A DNA stretch of 64,000 bases, taken from Candidatus Bathyarchaeota archaeon (GTDB lineage: Archaea; Thermoproteota; Bathyarchaeia; Bathyarchaeales; Bathycorpusculaceae). Position numbers and translations under genes: made by a program. Below are positions 10,501 through 20,783 of the stretch, one piece after another. The notes beneath the pieces were generated by a model that worked only from the letters and a program-made list of their open reading frames with translations, did not search any database and was not told the DNA's origin. Within the stretch, counting starts at the first letter, position 1. The number at the start of each line of letters is the position of its first letter. The stretch covers positions 352,001 through 416,000 of the forward strand of contig CAVYXJ010000010.1 in the NCBI GenBank assembly GCA_963772455.1, written 5' to 3'.

Positions 10501-10887
10501 CTAAAATAAAGTGACGGTGTCGTTTTCAATAATTACTTTATTGCCTGTTTTGATTTTGCTTACGTCGATTTTGTCTATGAAGGGGATTTCGCTAATGATG
10601 GCTCCGACGGCAACGATGGTTTCGGTTTCTTTGTTTATCATGCCTGCGGGTGCTGCACCGTTCTTTTTTAGGCGGTAGAGTGTGTAGCTGCCCACTGTGC
10701 TGCCTTTGCCTTGTGGGAAAACTAGGATTTTGCCTTTGACGCTTTGTCCTTGGAGTTCGTGTCCTTTTTCGGTGACTACGCCTGTGTTGGGATCTACGCC
10801 GCCATAGAATGAAATTGGCTGTGTAGTGACGAGTGCTTCGCCTTCGGCTTTGCCTTTGTAGATTATTCTGCCTTTTAGCTGTTCCAT
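10501..10887 (-). CDS. AcnX small (swivel) subunit, DUF126; phosphomevalonate dehydratase small subunit
   Basis: True start is likely MEQLKGR. Motifs [32 protein letters not shown]. Confidence 0.9.
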   Translation of the reverse strand: MEQLKGRIIYKGKAEGEALVTTQPISFYGGVDPNTGVVTEKGHELQGQSVKGKILVFPQGKGSTVGSYTLYRLKKNGAAPAGMINKETETIVAVGAIISEIPFIDKIDVSKIKTGNKVIIENDTVTLF

Positions 10888-12083
10888 TTTCCAGTCACCG
10901 CTGCTTGGACGCATTCTTTCATGCTTCCCATTTTTGTTTTCATAAGGTTTTGCCTTGAATAGAAACATCCCTTTGCGGATGTGGTTGCTAAGGATTTGAA
11001 TCTGCCTTTTAGAGGTGCGACTGCCATGCAGGTGTCGCATGCAAATTTGGCTCCAGATGCCTCAATGACTTCGGTGTAGCCGCGTTTATCTGCAAGTTGC
11101 TTGGCAGTTCGGGATGTAGCAACCCAAAACTCTGTGCCCTGTGCCACCTGTTTGCCTTTCACTAATTCTGCGATTTCAGAAATTTCTTTAATTGAGCAAT
11201 GTGGGCATCCTACGCAGACAAGTTCAATCTCTGAAACGTCGTCGTTGATGTTGTCGTAGGCGTTTTTCAGGTCGTTTTGTTCAATTACGACTTTTTCTTT
11301 TAGTTGGGGTTGTTGTTCTGCTCCAGGCGTTACGCCCTTCATGTAGAAAAGTGGTTTAGCGCCGTAAGTAACAACAGAAGCGCAGAATGATTTTAGTTCG
11401 TCAAGTTCTGCTGCTTTTATGCCTGTGATGTATGGGATTTTGTTTTCTGCTTTCTTTCCTATTGCGTATCCAAGTGCTCCCCAATCGGATAGTTTGGTTA
11501 ATTCTGCATTAACCTCGACTAAGACATCTGGTGCGCGGTTTTCATCTAGATGCAATCCGTAATTTGGGGTTTTGCCAACAAAAGCTGCTGCAAGTGCTGA
11601 TGGTCCGCCTTCGCGGTTTGTTCTTGCGCCTAAAATTGAGTTTGCGAATGTTACTGCGCTGCTTTCTGACCATGCGAGGTGTTCGCCGTATAGTGGAAGG
11701 TTGCCGATTAGGTATGGTGTGCAGGTGCAGCTGATTAGGATGCCCATGCGTCTGAAGGCGTCGATTACTAGATTTTGTTTTTCGGCAAATTCTGGGCTTA
11801 TGCCGAGTTGCTGCCAATTTTCAAGATCCATTCCTGCTGGGTTTAATGTGGTTAAAACTTTGACTCTGCCGTCGACAGCTAGCTCGTTTAGGAATTCTAA
11901 TCCTGCGTCGCCAAGATTATGGTAAGATACTCCTGCTACTTGGACGCTTCCTACTTTGATTAGGTCTTTTGCTCCAAAGATTTCGCCTAATGCAACGAGG
12001 ATTTCCATGCTTTTTCGGACGGCGTAGCCTTCTTTGCCGTCCAGCATTGCTTGTTCTTGTTTAGTTAACTCCATATTTTTCAC
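10875..12083 (-). CDS. AcnX large subunit, DUF521; phosphomevalonate dehydratase large subunit
   Basis: [35 protein letters not shown]. Confidence 0.92.
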   Translation of the reverse strand: MKNMELTKQEQAMLDGKEGYAVRKSMEILVALGEIFGAKDLIKVGSVQVAGVSYHNLGDAGLEFLNELAVDGRVKVLTTLNPAGMDLENWQQLGISPEFAEKQNLVIDAFRRMGILISCTCTPYLIGNLPLYGEHLAWSESSAVTFANSILGARTNREGGPSALAAAFVGKTPNYGLHLDENRAPDVLVEVNAELTKLSDWGALGYAIGKKAENKIPYITGIKAAELDELKSFCASVVTYGAKPLFYMKGVTPGAEQQPQLKEKVVIEQNDLKNAYDNINDDVSEIELVCVGCPHCSIKEISEIAELVKGKQVAQGTEFWVATSRTAKQLADKRGYTEVIEASGAKFACDTCMAVAPLKGRFKSLATTSAKGCFYSRQNLMKTKMGSMKECVQAAVTGKWNS

Positions 12084-12349
12084 TCGGTGTATCCTGTTTC
12101 ATATGCCCATTTCTTCATTTTATCGCTTACTTTTGGGTCTTTAGTACGTAAACGAAGGTAAGCTATTACAAAGTTTGCTTATACATGTCCTAGGACGATT
12201 TCTTCTTTAAGCCACATCAGAAGCTCCTTATGCGCCGCGACGATTTTGTCTTCTTTTATGAATCCCTTCTGGGTTGCTATGCTGTAGAGGTCTTCTTGGG
12301 TTTTCCCAGATTTTTCCTCAACTCCTTGCATATACGCTTTGTAACTCAT
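12080..12349 (-). pseudogene. DUF4287-like protein with an in-frame TAA at 12181-12179
   Basis: MSYKAYMQGVEEKSGKT...WLKEEIVLGHV*ANFVIAYLRLRTKDPK...GYTE*. The frame continues 32 codons past the stop and ends at the AcnX start. Confidence 0.65.
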
Positions 12350-12360
12350 TTTCCTCACCA

Positions 12361-13668
12361 TTATAGGTATTTGTTTAGGTCAATTTTGATGTAGTCTACT
12401 TTCTTAAAGCCCTTGCCTGTGGATACCATTGGTGCGGTGGCGTCTAAGCCTGCTTTGGCTGTTGTTGCTTTTTTGCCTTCTGAGAGGTTGCCTGATGGGT
12501 CAAGTGAGGAGCCTGGTTGGTTTGAGAGGATTATTGTGTTTTTGTCGGCTTGGAGTCTTGTTGCGATTGCCCATTCCACGTCGTGTGGGTCATAGATGTT
12601 GATGTCTTCGTCTACTACGACGCAGTGTTTGAGTGATCCATGTCCTTTGAATGCGGCGGCGATTGCTTTTTTGCCGTCGTCGGCGTTTATCTTTTTGATT
12701 TGCACTACTGCGTGGAGCCAGCTGCATCCGCCAGGTGTTATGTAGACGTCTTTGCATTGGCAGACTTTGCCCACTTCGTTGTAGATGGTGGGTTCTTTTG
12801 GCATACCCATTAGGAACTTGTGTTCGTTTTTGCCTGCGAGTATGGTTTGGTAAATTGGGTTTTTGCGGTGTGTGATGCATTTGATTTCTACGACGGGTTG
12901 TTGGCGTTCGCGGTCAACGATGCCAGTTAAGTCGAGGAAGGGTCCTTCGGTGGCTTTTTCTTTGGTTATTGTGCCTTCGAGTACAAATTCGGCGTTTGCG
13001 GGAACTTCTAAATCGATGGTTTTGCATTTTACAAGGTCTGTTTGCTCTAATGCGTTTGCCATTCCCAGCTCATCCACGCCCGTGGGCAGGGTTGTTGCTG
13101 CCGAAATCAGCGTTGCAGTTGAGTTGCCTATGCAGAATGCTATATCCAGCTCTCCGCCTGCCTTCTTTAGTGCTGAGTCGGTGCCTCGGTTCTCGACGAT
13201 ACGGGCGACAAAATGGTTTTTGTCTTTAAGCATGAGTCTGTGGAAACACATGTTTCTTCCCAATTGTGGGTCTTTGACGATGGCTACGGCTGAGGCTATG
13301 TATTTTCCACCGTCTTTTTCGGTGTAGTGCATGATGGGTAACTTTGTTAAATCAACTGTTTGTTCTACAATTTCTTGGCATGCAGCGTTTTCAACCATTT
13401 TTGGTGTAGTTGGTTTTTCGATGGCGTTGAGAAGTTTGGGTAGAAGCTGATCTTTTGTAATGCCCATTGATCGACAGATTAGATCTTTAGAGGACATGAG
13501 ACCAGCCACGACGGGGTAGCTGGATTCTTTAACGTTTTCAAAAAAGACTGGTTTTTCGCTTAAAGCTGCAATTATGCCTGCCATCTCATATTCGGTTGAG
13601 ACTGGCTTTGTAATCTTTGTTAATTCATTATTCTTTTGGAGTTGTTCCATGAAGTCTCTTAAGCCCAT
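12361..13668 (-). CDS. UbiD-family decarboxylase, likely anhydromevalonate phosphate decarboxylase
   Basis: EGPF, VPANAEFVLEG, VVVDEDI..DVEWAIATR, SSLDPS; adjacent to AcnX and ipk. Confidence 0.88.
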   Translation of the reverse strand: MGLRDFMEQLQKNNELTKITKPVSTEYEMAGIIAALSEKPVFFENVKESSYPVVAGLMSSKDLICRSMGITKDQLLPKLLNAIEKPTTPKMVENAACQEIVEQTVDLTKLPIMHYTEKDGGKYIASAVAIVKDPQLGRNMCFHRLMLKDKNHFVARIVENRGTDSALKKAGGELDIAFCIGNSTATLISAATTLPTGVDELGMANALEQTDLVKCKTIDLEVPANAEFVLEGTITKEKATEGPFLDLTGIVDRERQQPVVEIKCITHRKNPIYQTILAGKNEHKFLMGMPKEPTIYNEVGKVCQCKDVYITPGGCSWLHAVVQIKKINADDGKKAIAAAFKGHGSLKHCVVVDEDINIYDPHDVEWAIATRLQADKNTIILSNQPGSSLDPSGNLSEGKKATTAKAGLDATAPMVSTGKGFKKVDYIKIDLNKYL

Positions 13669-13740
13669 TTGATTCGCCTTAAGAGCAATTTACTTGTTTT
13701 CTTTCTTAAATAACAATCGCAAAATTTCTTTTGTTCTTTT

Positions 13741-13900
13741 TGTGTGGGTGTGGTGGGATAAATTTGCACACATCACTTTGGGCTTTGGATTTGGTTGGTT
13801 TTTTGGTTTGGGTTGTTTTTCTTTTTGTGTTATGAGTGTGGGAAGAGGTTTGGTCCACAAAGTCAACATGGGTTCTATGTTGAGATGTGTGGGTGTGGTG
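13741..13900 (+). repeat. Exact 15-nt direct repeat TGTGTGGGTGTGGTG in a GT-skewed intergenic tract
   Basis: Copies at 13741-13755 and 13886-13900. Confidence 0.8.
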
Positions 13901-13993
13901 TGGGAGTTTGTGGCGTCTTTAATTGGTTTTATATATTGATTAGCTAAAAAGTATAAATTACTGTTGTACTTTTGTATAACTTAAGGTGGGAAA

Positions 13994-14239
13994 TTGATAG
14001 AGGAAGAGATGAAAGTTGGACCAAAAGGCCAAGTTGTCATTCCAAGAGTCATGCGAAAAGCGCTTAAGATTAGTCCTGGCTCCAAGGTGTTGTTCAAATT
14101 GGACGATGGAAAGCTGATTTTGGAGAAACCAAGCGTTGATGCTGTAGCTGTTTTCAGAAAAATTGCCAAAAAAATCAGCTATAACGAAAAAATAGATCCA
14201 CATCAGTACCAAGAAGAGATTGAAGCGAGAAATCCTTAA
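13994..14239 (+). CDS. vapB: AbrB/MazE-family antitoxin (VapB-like)
   Basis: KVGPKGQVVIPRVMRKALKISPGS. Confidence 0.9.
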   Translation: MIEEEMKVGPKGQVVIPRVMRKALKISPGSKVLFKLDDGKLILEKPSVDAVAVFRKIAKKISYNEKIDPHQYQEEIEARNP

Positions 14240-14635
14240 ATGATCTATATCGATTCCAACGTCTTTGTTTACGCAATCTTAAATACAGAAGAGATTGGAG
14301 AAAAAGCAAGGTCTTTGCTTCAAAGAATTCAACAGGGAGACGAGAAAGCAGAAACCTCAGCGTTGACTTTTGATGAAGTATTTTGGGCAATAAAGAAAAT
14401 TGATTTTGAAGCAGCGCTTGAAGCAGCCCAAGCGCTCTTGAACTTTCCTAATTTGGAAATCGTTTCTGTCGACCGAGACCTATCCCTATCAGCTCTACAA
14501 ATAATCAAGGAATATCATTTAGATCCAAGAGACGCCATTCACGCTGCAACGGCAATTGCTGGAAAGGCAGAAGTTGTGGTTTCAACAGATCCACATTTTG
14601 ATAAGTTAAAGGAACTTAAAAGAAGGTCACTTTAG
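14240..14635 (+). CDS. vapC: PIN-domain toxin VapC
   Basis: IYIDSNVFV, TFDEV, DAIHAATA, STDPHFD. Confidence 0.93.
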   Translation: MIYIDSNVFVYAILNTEEIGEKARSLLQRIQQGDEKAETSALTFDEVFWAIKKIDFEAALEAAQALLNFPNLEIVSVDRDLSLSALQIIKEYHLDPRDAIHAATAIAGKAEVVVSTDPHFDKLKELKRRSL

Positions 14636-14677
14636 CCTTAAAACCATAAGATCGCTCAGTTTATTCAAGAAGGATAG

Positions 14678-15232
14678 CCACCCAACTCCTCAAACATCAT
14701 CAAAGCCACGACAGATCAAGGAACACAAATTGAACTATCAATCAAAGGAAACATAGCAAGCACCCAAATCTCAAACACCACCATCACAACAAATCAAACA
14801 ACCTCAAAAACAACAATCGCGTTCACCCTAACAGGGCAACCTGGAACAACGGGATTTGCCAACCTCACAATCCCAAAAAATACAATACCCTATGATGGAG
14901 CCCCAACAGTATACTTTGATCGCACGATAGTTCAAAATCAAGGCTTCTCAATGGATGACAATAATTTTTACGTATGGTACGAAACGCATTTCAGTATACA
15001 TCAAATGGAAATCGTATTCATGCCATTTTCTACTACGTTCACGCCGTTGCCTGAATCTCAAAATTCGCTTCCAAGTTTAGGTTTAGTGGAAATTGCTGTC
15101 TTAACGTTGATGTGTGTTCTCGTTGCTACCGTGATTTATGTAGCGGTGAGGAATAAAAGAAGGCCAAAGAGCCGCCTTGAGGGCATAGAGGTTGGAAGGT
15201 TTACTTATTTTTTCAATGCAGCTAAGACATAG
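14678..15232 (+). pseudogene. 5'-truncated C-terminal domain and membrane anchor of a cell-surface protein
   Basis: Frame open from 14678 (after TAG) with no start: ...IKATTDQGTQIELSIKGN...GFANLTIPKNTIPY...NFYVWYETHFSIH, then a TM helix and basic tail. Confidence 0.6.
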
Positions 15233-15442
15233 AGAATTCAAGAAGCTCTAAAATTACGTGACAGAACCTTTACCGACATGCGATATCTGATTTTCTGGAA
15301 GTACTCGATGAAAAGAGCTGGATATGAAAAGGTAGCTGAATACATTATAATGCCTGAGACCCTGAAAAAATACTTTTTTTAATGATTACATTAATATCGG
15401 CTTTTCTAAACTATTTAACATGTTAAAAAAGAGGGTTAAAGG

Positions 15443-16706
15443 CTGAAAATTAGAGTATTAGGTGCCGCAAGAGAAGTGGGCGGTTCCTGCATTGAAGTTG
15501 CAACAGACCGCTCCAAGGTCGCCTTAGATTACGGTATAAAACTTGAAGGCACAACTGATGAATACCCCAAAAATTTTGACGCAATAATAGTTAGCCACGC
15601 CCACTTAGACCATTCAGGAAGCCTTCTGCGACTATCAAAATCCAGCAACAAACAGGTCATTTTAGGATCAAAGATTACTCGAGATGTCACCGTTGAATTG
15701 CTAAAAGACATGATTAAGGTTAACGAGTTTAATGGTACGCCACTGGGCTATGACAACCAAACAGTTGACCAAGTGAGTGGATCATGGAACCCAACAGATA
15801 AAATGGCTTTGCCGGACATGAACATTGAATTATATCCTGCTGGACATGTTGCTGGCGCCGCCATGACAAGTATTCAAGCAGAAGGAAAAACTCTACTTTA
15901 CACCGGCGATTTTTGCCTGCATGACACAGAAATTTTTACAGGCTGCAACCCTAAACTGCTCCCCAAACAACCAGATGTCCTCATTTCCGAGTCAACATAT
16001 GGCGGAACAATAAGGCAGCAACGAAGCGAACTCATAGACAAACTGTTCTCGGAGATTAGCTACACAATCAAGCATAGAGGCAACGTTTTGATTCCCACTT
16101 TCGCGTTCCACAGAAGCCAAGAGATGGCTAAACAAATAGACCAAGCTATTGAAAACGGAATCATCCCTAAACGCAACGTTTACATGGTTTCAAAACTCGC
16201 AAACAAAATAACAAAAATCTTCAACAACAACGCAGATCTGTTCAAGCAACAGATGCCGCAAAGGACAAAACCGTTTGAGTACAAGTATGTGCAAGAAATT
16301 GATCAAACAGCCGAAATTGACGAGCCAGCTATAGTTATTTGCACACCAGGGTTTGGTCATGCAGGGGCAAGTCTTAGCTTACTTAATGCATGGGCTGAAT
16401 TTGAAGAAAACACGATAATTGTAACTTCAGCTTACTTGCCCCAAGATAGTCCCCTAAGACTTGCGAAAGATAAGCATTACATAAAAGTCGATAGCGAAAG
16501 GTATCCAGTAAATGCAAAGATTGTCCAAATCGAACTCTCAGGGCATGCTGACCAACGCGAACTTGTAGAGTTAATAGAGTACCTCAAGCCTAAGCGAACA
16601 GTTCTTGTTCATGGCGATTTAAAGCAGGCAGAGGAACTTTCCAGAGCAGGTTTCCGACTTAACTGAAGTTAGTATTCCAGAAAAAAATGAAAGCATAACT
16701 ATATAG
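15443..16706 (+). CDS. MBL-fold beta-CASP ribonuclease (CPSF-like); probable CTG start and a 1-nt indel near 16643
   Basis: (L)KIRVLGAAREVGGSC, SHAHLDH, AGHVAG, YTGD, ESTYG, SGHAD, VHG. The C-terminus continues in another frame as EQVSDLTEVSIPEKNESITI*. Confidence 0.88.
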
Positions 16707-16763
16707 CGAAAAGTGAGCTTAAAAACTCACATTTCAAAGATAGGCTTAAAAAAAGCCATCGAC

Positions 16764-17709
16764 TTAGGTTTCAACGCCTATTCGGGTTATTAAAACCTCA
16801 AAGCCCAAGCCTTTAATGGCGTCTGCAACTTTGCTCTGCAACTCTTTGCCCGGAGTCAACGCAAACATGCATCCTCCACCTCCGCCACCCGTCAATTTAG
16901 CGCCAAACGCTCCTTCTTTTCTGGCTAATTCAACAAGTAGGTCGAGTTCTTTGCTTGATACCTCGATTTCTTGGAGTAGACGATGGTTTTCGTTCATGAG
17001 TTCACCGATTTTTTTAAGATTGATAAAATTCCAGTGCTGCTCTGCCCTCATAGGCAAGTTCTTCTGCTCGTTTGAAAGATCTGCGTTGTACTTTTGTGGG
17101 ATTTTTGTTTTTGCGTTCAGTCAACGCCTTCAACCATGGCTTTGGTGTTGGCTACTTTGCCTGTGCTTCCGATGACTATTTCGACTGGCTGCCTCAATGC
17201 TTAAAGGTTCAACTTTGTCTTGTCCGCCAGCCAAGGTTTTTCTTAAACCACATAAGTCCGCCATAAGTGGCAGCGGTGTTGTCGATGCCTGAAGGGGTGC
17301 CTGCGTAGGCTTTTTCTGCTTCGTAGGCAACTTGATTGATTTTTTCATTAGCGATTTTCATGCCGAGTTCTTGGGCGATGGCACGTGCGATGGCAACGCT
17401 GCTTGCTGCCGAAGCGCCAAGTCCACTAAAGCCTGGCAAGGAGCCACCGACCCAAATGTCTAATGCTATTTTGGGGTCAATTCCCATGGCTTTTAGCATT
17501 CTTTCAATTGATTCCAATTGTTGAAGTCTTTTTTCTTCACTGTATCCCTTTGCGGTTTTTCGTTCATCTCTAACGTTGATTCCACTTTTTGCTTTTTTTA
17601 CTTCTGCATCAGTCGTGGAATCAATAGCTGACACAATTCCTGGGACACCGTGAACTACAAAATGTTCGCCGAACAAAATTACTTTTCCATAACCTGAACC
17701 TTTACCCAT
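16764..17709 (-). CDS. mvk: Mevalonate kinase (split by about two frameshifts, probably sequence errors)
   Basis: GKVILFGEHFVVHG, GLGASAA and SGID in the first piece; GAKLTGGGGGG in the last piece. Confidence 0.9.
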
Positions 17710-17887
17710 TAATGTTACACCTTGAATTGTAGCAATGCGCTGTTTAGATAAAAATGTTCGTTTACAAACTAATATAGCAACAGAAACCCTTTCTAAAACG
17801 GCAATTTAACCGTTCGATTTACAAGGTTAAGTTTTCCGAAACCTAAAATAAGCGCGCAACAAAATTATAGCCACTTGAGGTAAAAGC

Positions 17888-19140
17888 TTGTCCTCCATCA
17901 TCGAAGACCTCATTGCTAGAAAAATCTTCAACAACCGCGGAGAAGAAACCATAGAGGTCGATGTAATCACCGCTTCCGGGTTCGGAAGGGCAGCTGCTCC
18001 AGCAGGCAAAAGCCGTGGAAAAGCAGAAGTAGCTTATTATCCACAGGGTGGAGTGGAGCAAGCTATCAAAAAAGTTGACGATTTAATTGCTCCTGAACTT
18101 GCAGGGTTAAACGCTGATTTTCAAGAAGAAATCGATAATACCCTTCACGAAATAGATGGGACTACTGATTTCAAAAACATTGGCGGAAACACTGCTTTCG
18201 CTATTTCTCTATCCAATGCTGAAGCCGCTGCAAATAGTCACAGTTTACTTTTGTTCCAATTTCTTGGGGGAAACGCAGCAAACACTCTGCCTTATCCGTT
18301 GGGCAACTGCATAAGCGGCGGCCAACATGCACGAGGCAAATCACCCGACATCCAAGAATATCTTGCATTGCCGTTTGGAGCAGAAAGTTTTCTTGAAGCC
18401 CAAACCGCCAACACACAAATCCACAAAAAATCGGGGATTACCTAAAAAAGAAAAGCACCACTTTTAACGGTGGAAAAAGCGACGAAGGCGCATGGATAGC
18501 CAACATCGACACTGTCGACGCCTTTGAGGTTATGGCTAAAGCTTGTGAAGAAGTCGGTAATGAACTGGATTTTGAATGCGGTTTTGGCATTGATGTGGCT
18601 GCTTCATCTTTTTGGAAGCCAAAAGAAGAAAAATACAATTATGAAAGCGAAGGCAAGAAACGCGATACTGCTGAACAACTTGAGTTTATGTTGGAGTTAA
18701 TTGAAAAGTACCATCTTGCCTACGTTGAGGATCCATTTAATGAAGATGACTTTGACAGCTTCTCCGAGTTAACTCGCAAATCCAAGAACTGCCTGATTTG
18801 CGGAGACGATTTGTTCACAACTAGTACTGAAAGGTTAAATAATGGAATTAAGATTAACGCTGGAAACGCTATCATCATCAAAGTCAACCAGATAGGCACC
18901 TTAACTGATGCAACTGAAACAATCGAGCTGGCGCAACGTCACGGTTACGACGCTGTCGTATCTCATCGATCCGGCGATACATGCGATTGGCACATAGCTC
19001 ATTTGGCTGTAGCATACAAATGCCCACTTATCAAAACAGGCGTGGTTGAAGGAGCACGTATAGCCAAATTAAACGAGCTAATCCGAATTGAACATTTCCT
19101 TGGTAACAGAGCCAAAATGGCAGATTTAAAAATACGTTAA
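17888..19140 (+). CDS. eno: Enolase (frameshift near 18430)
   Basis: RKIFNNRGEETIEVDV, SDEG, EDPF, GDDLF, KVNQIGT, SHRSGDT, KLNELIRIE; the break lies in or near an A run. Confidence 0.93.
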
Positions 19141-19156
19141 GAGAAGATGAAAAGTA

Positions 19157-19924
19157 ATGTCTGAAGATGAAGGAAAAGAAAATCAACCAGTTGAAGACCA
19201 AGAAGAGGAAGCTGAAGAGGCTCCTTTAGAGGAAACAACTGAAACCATTAGCACTGAGCCTGAAGCCGAAGAGGAAGAAGAAACTCAGGAAGCGCAAGCT
19301 CCAGAAGAAACACTTCTTTTACCCCGAGACACACTCCTATCAGCAGGTATCCATATTGGAACAAGGATGAAAACCCTTGACATGGAACCATTCATCTACC
19401 GAGTACGCCCAGACGGCTTATTCGTTTTAGACGTTAAAAAAACAGATGACCGAATTAGAGCAACAGGAAAATTCCTATCACGCTACGAACCAGCAAGAGT
19501 AGCAGTTGCAGCAACAAGGCTTTATGCACATGAACCAGTCAAAATGTTCTGCAAGCTAACAGGCGCAACACCTCTAATCGGCAGATTCATCCCAGGCCAA
19601 CTCTCAAACCCACAATACTCAAGCCGCATAGACCCCGAAATCATACTTGTATGCGACCCAAGAGCAGATGCACAAGCAGTCAAAGAAGCATCCAAAGTCG
19701 GCATCCCAATCGTAGCCTTATGCAGCACCGACAACGAATTCGCAGGAGTAGACCTAGTTATCCCAACAAACAACAAAGGCAGAAGAGCCTTAGCAGTTGT
19801 ATTCTGGCTATTAGCACGACAAGTACTCCGAGAACGCGGCGAACTAGGCTTTGACAAAGATCCACCAGTAACCATCGAAGACTTCGAAGCTAAAGTAACA
19901 CGCGAAGACGAAGAAGAAGGCTAA
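19157..19924 (+). CDS. rps2: 30S ribosomal protein S2 with acidic N-terminal extension
   Basis: AGIHIGT, GRFIPG, IPTNNKGRRAL. Confidence 0.97.
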   Translation: MSEDEGKENQPVEDQEEEAEEAPLEETTETISTEPEAEEEEETQEAQAPEETLLLPRDTLLSAGIHIGTRMKTLDMEPFIYRVRPDGLFVLDVKKTDDRIRATGKFLSRYEPARVAVAATRLYAHEPVKMFCKLTGATPLIGRFIPGQLSNPQYSSRIDPEIILVCDPRADAQAVKEASKVGIPIVALCSTDNEFAGVDLVIPTNNKGRRALAVVFWLLARQVLRERGELGFDKDPPVTIEDFEAKVTREDEEEG

Positions 19925-19928
19925 AAAT

Positions 19929-20783
19929 TTGCCGACAATTCGGCGTCCACATTTTGCTTCTCAATTTTATGAGGGCGACGCCGAAGCATTAAGAGCACAA
20001 ATTAGCTCTTGTTTTCTCCACAAGCTTGGTCCAAAAAAACTTCCCAAAGTCAATTTTGATGTACACCCACGAAATATCGTGGGCTTAATTTGTCCACATG
20101 CAGGCTACATGTATTCTGGTCCTGTGGCAGCTTCAGCTTTTTACGAATTAGCCATAGATGGCAAACCTGATACGGTTGTGCTTTTAGGTCCAAACCACAC
20201 AGGTTACGGAAGCGCTTTAGCATTGATGCGTGAGGGAGTTTGGCGCACACCGCTTGGCGATGTTGAAATCGACTCTGAGTTAGCTGACAAGATTCTGCAA
20301 GAAACCAACCTAATTGATGCCGATGAGTTGGCTCATCGATACGAACATTCAATCGAAGTTCAACTGCCTTTTCTTCAATTCCTATACGGCGACAAATTCA
20401 AGATTGTGCCAATTTGCTTTCAATTGCAGGATTACGAATCAGCAGTCGAAGTAGGAATGGCCCTCACAGAAGCGTTAGCAGAAACAAACACAGTTGTTAT
20501 CGCTTCATCTGACATGACCCATTACGAACCAGCAAAAGCTGCCTCGACAAAAGATCAAGCAGCACTCAAAGCAGTCACAGACATGGATGCCAAACGTTTC
20601 TACGAAACAGTTGAAACCCAAAACATAACAGCATGCGGTTTTATGCCAATTACTTCCCTAATCACTTATGCTAATGGCGTTGGCGCAAAAGAAGCCAAAA
20701 TTTTGAGTTACCATAACAGCGGCGACATAACAGGCGACCACTCAAGCGTCGTAGGCTATGCAGCAGTAAGTTTCAAAAAATAG
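19929..20783 (+). CDS. AmmeMemoRadiSam system protein B (MEMO1 family)
   Basis: PHAGYMYSG, GPNH, EHSIEVQLPFLQ, ASSDMTH, CG, VVGYAA. Confidence 0.93.
   Translation: MPTIRRPHFASQFYEGDAEALRAQISSCFLHKLGPKKLPKVNFDVHPRNIVGLICPHAGYMYSGPVAASAFYELAIDGKPDTVVLLGPNHTGYGSALALMREGVWRTPLGDVEIDSELADKILQETNLIDADELAHRYEHSIEVQLPFLQFLYGDKFKIVPICFQLQDYESAVEVGMALTEALAETNTVVIASSDMTHYEPAKAASTKDQAALKAVTDMDAKRFYETVETQNITACGFMPITSLITYANGVGAKEAKILSYHNSGDITGDHSSVVGYAAVSFKK

Noticed and set aside
18425-18455. Programmed frameshift in enolase
   Set aside because: It is one of many nearby indels, so assembly error is more parsimonious.
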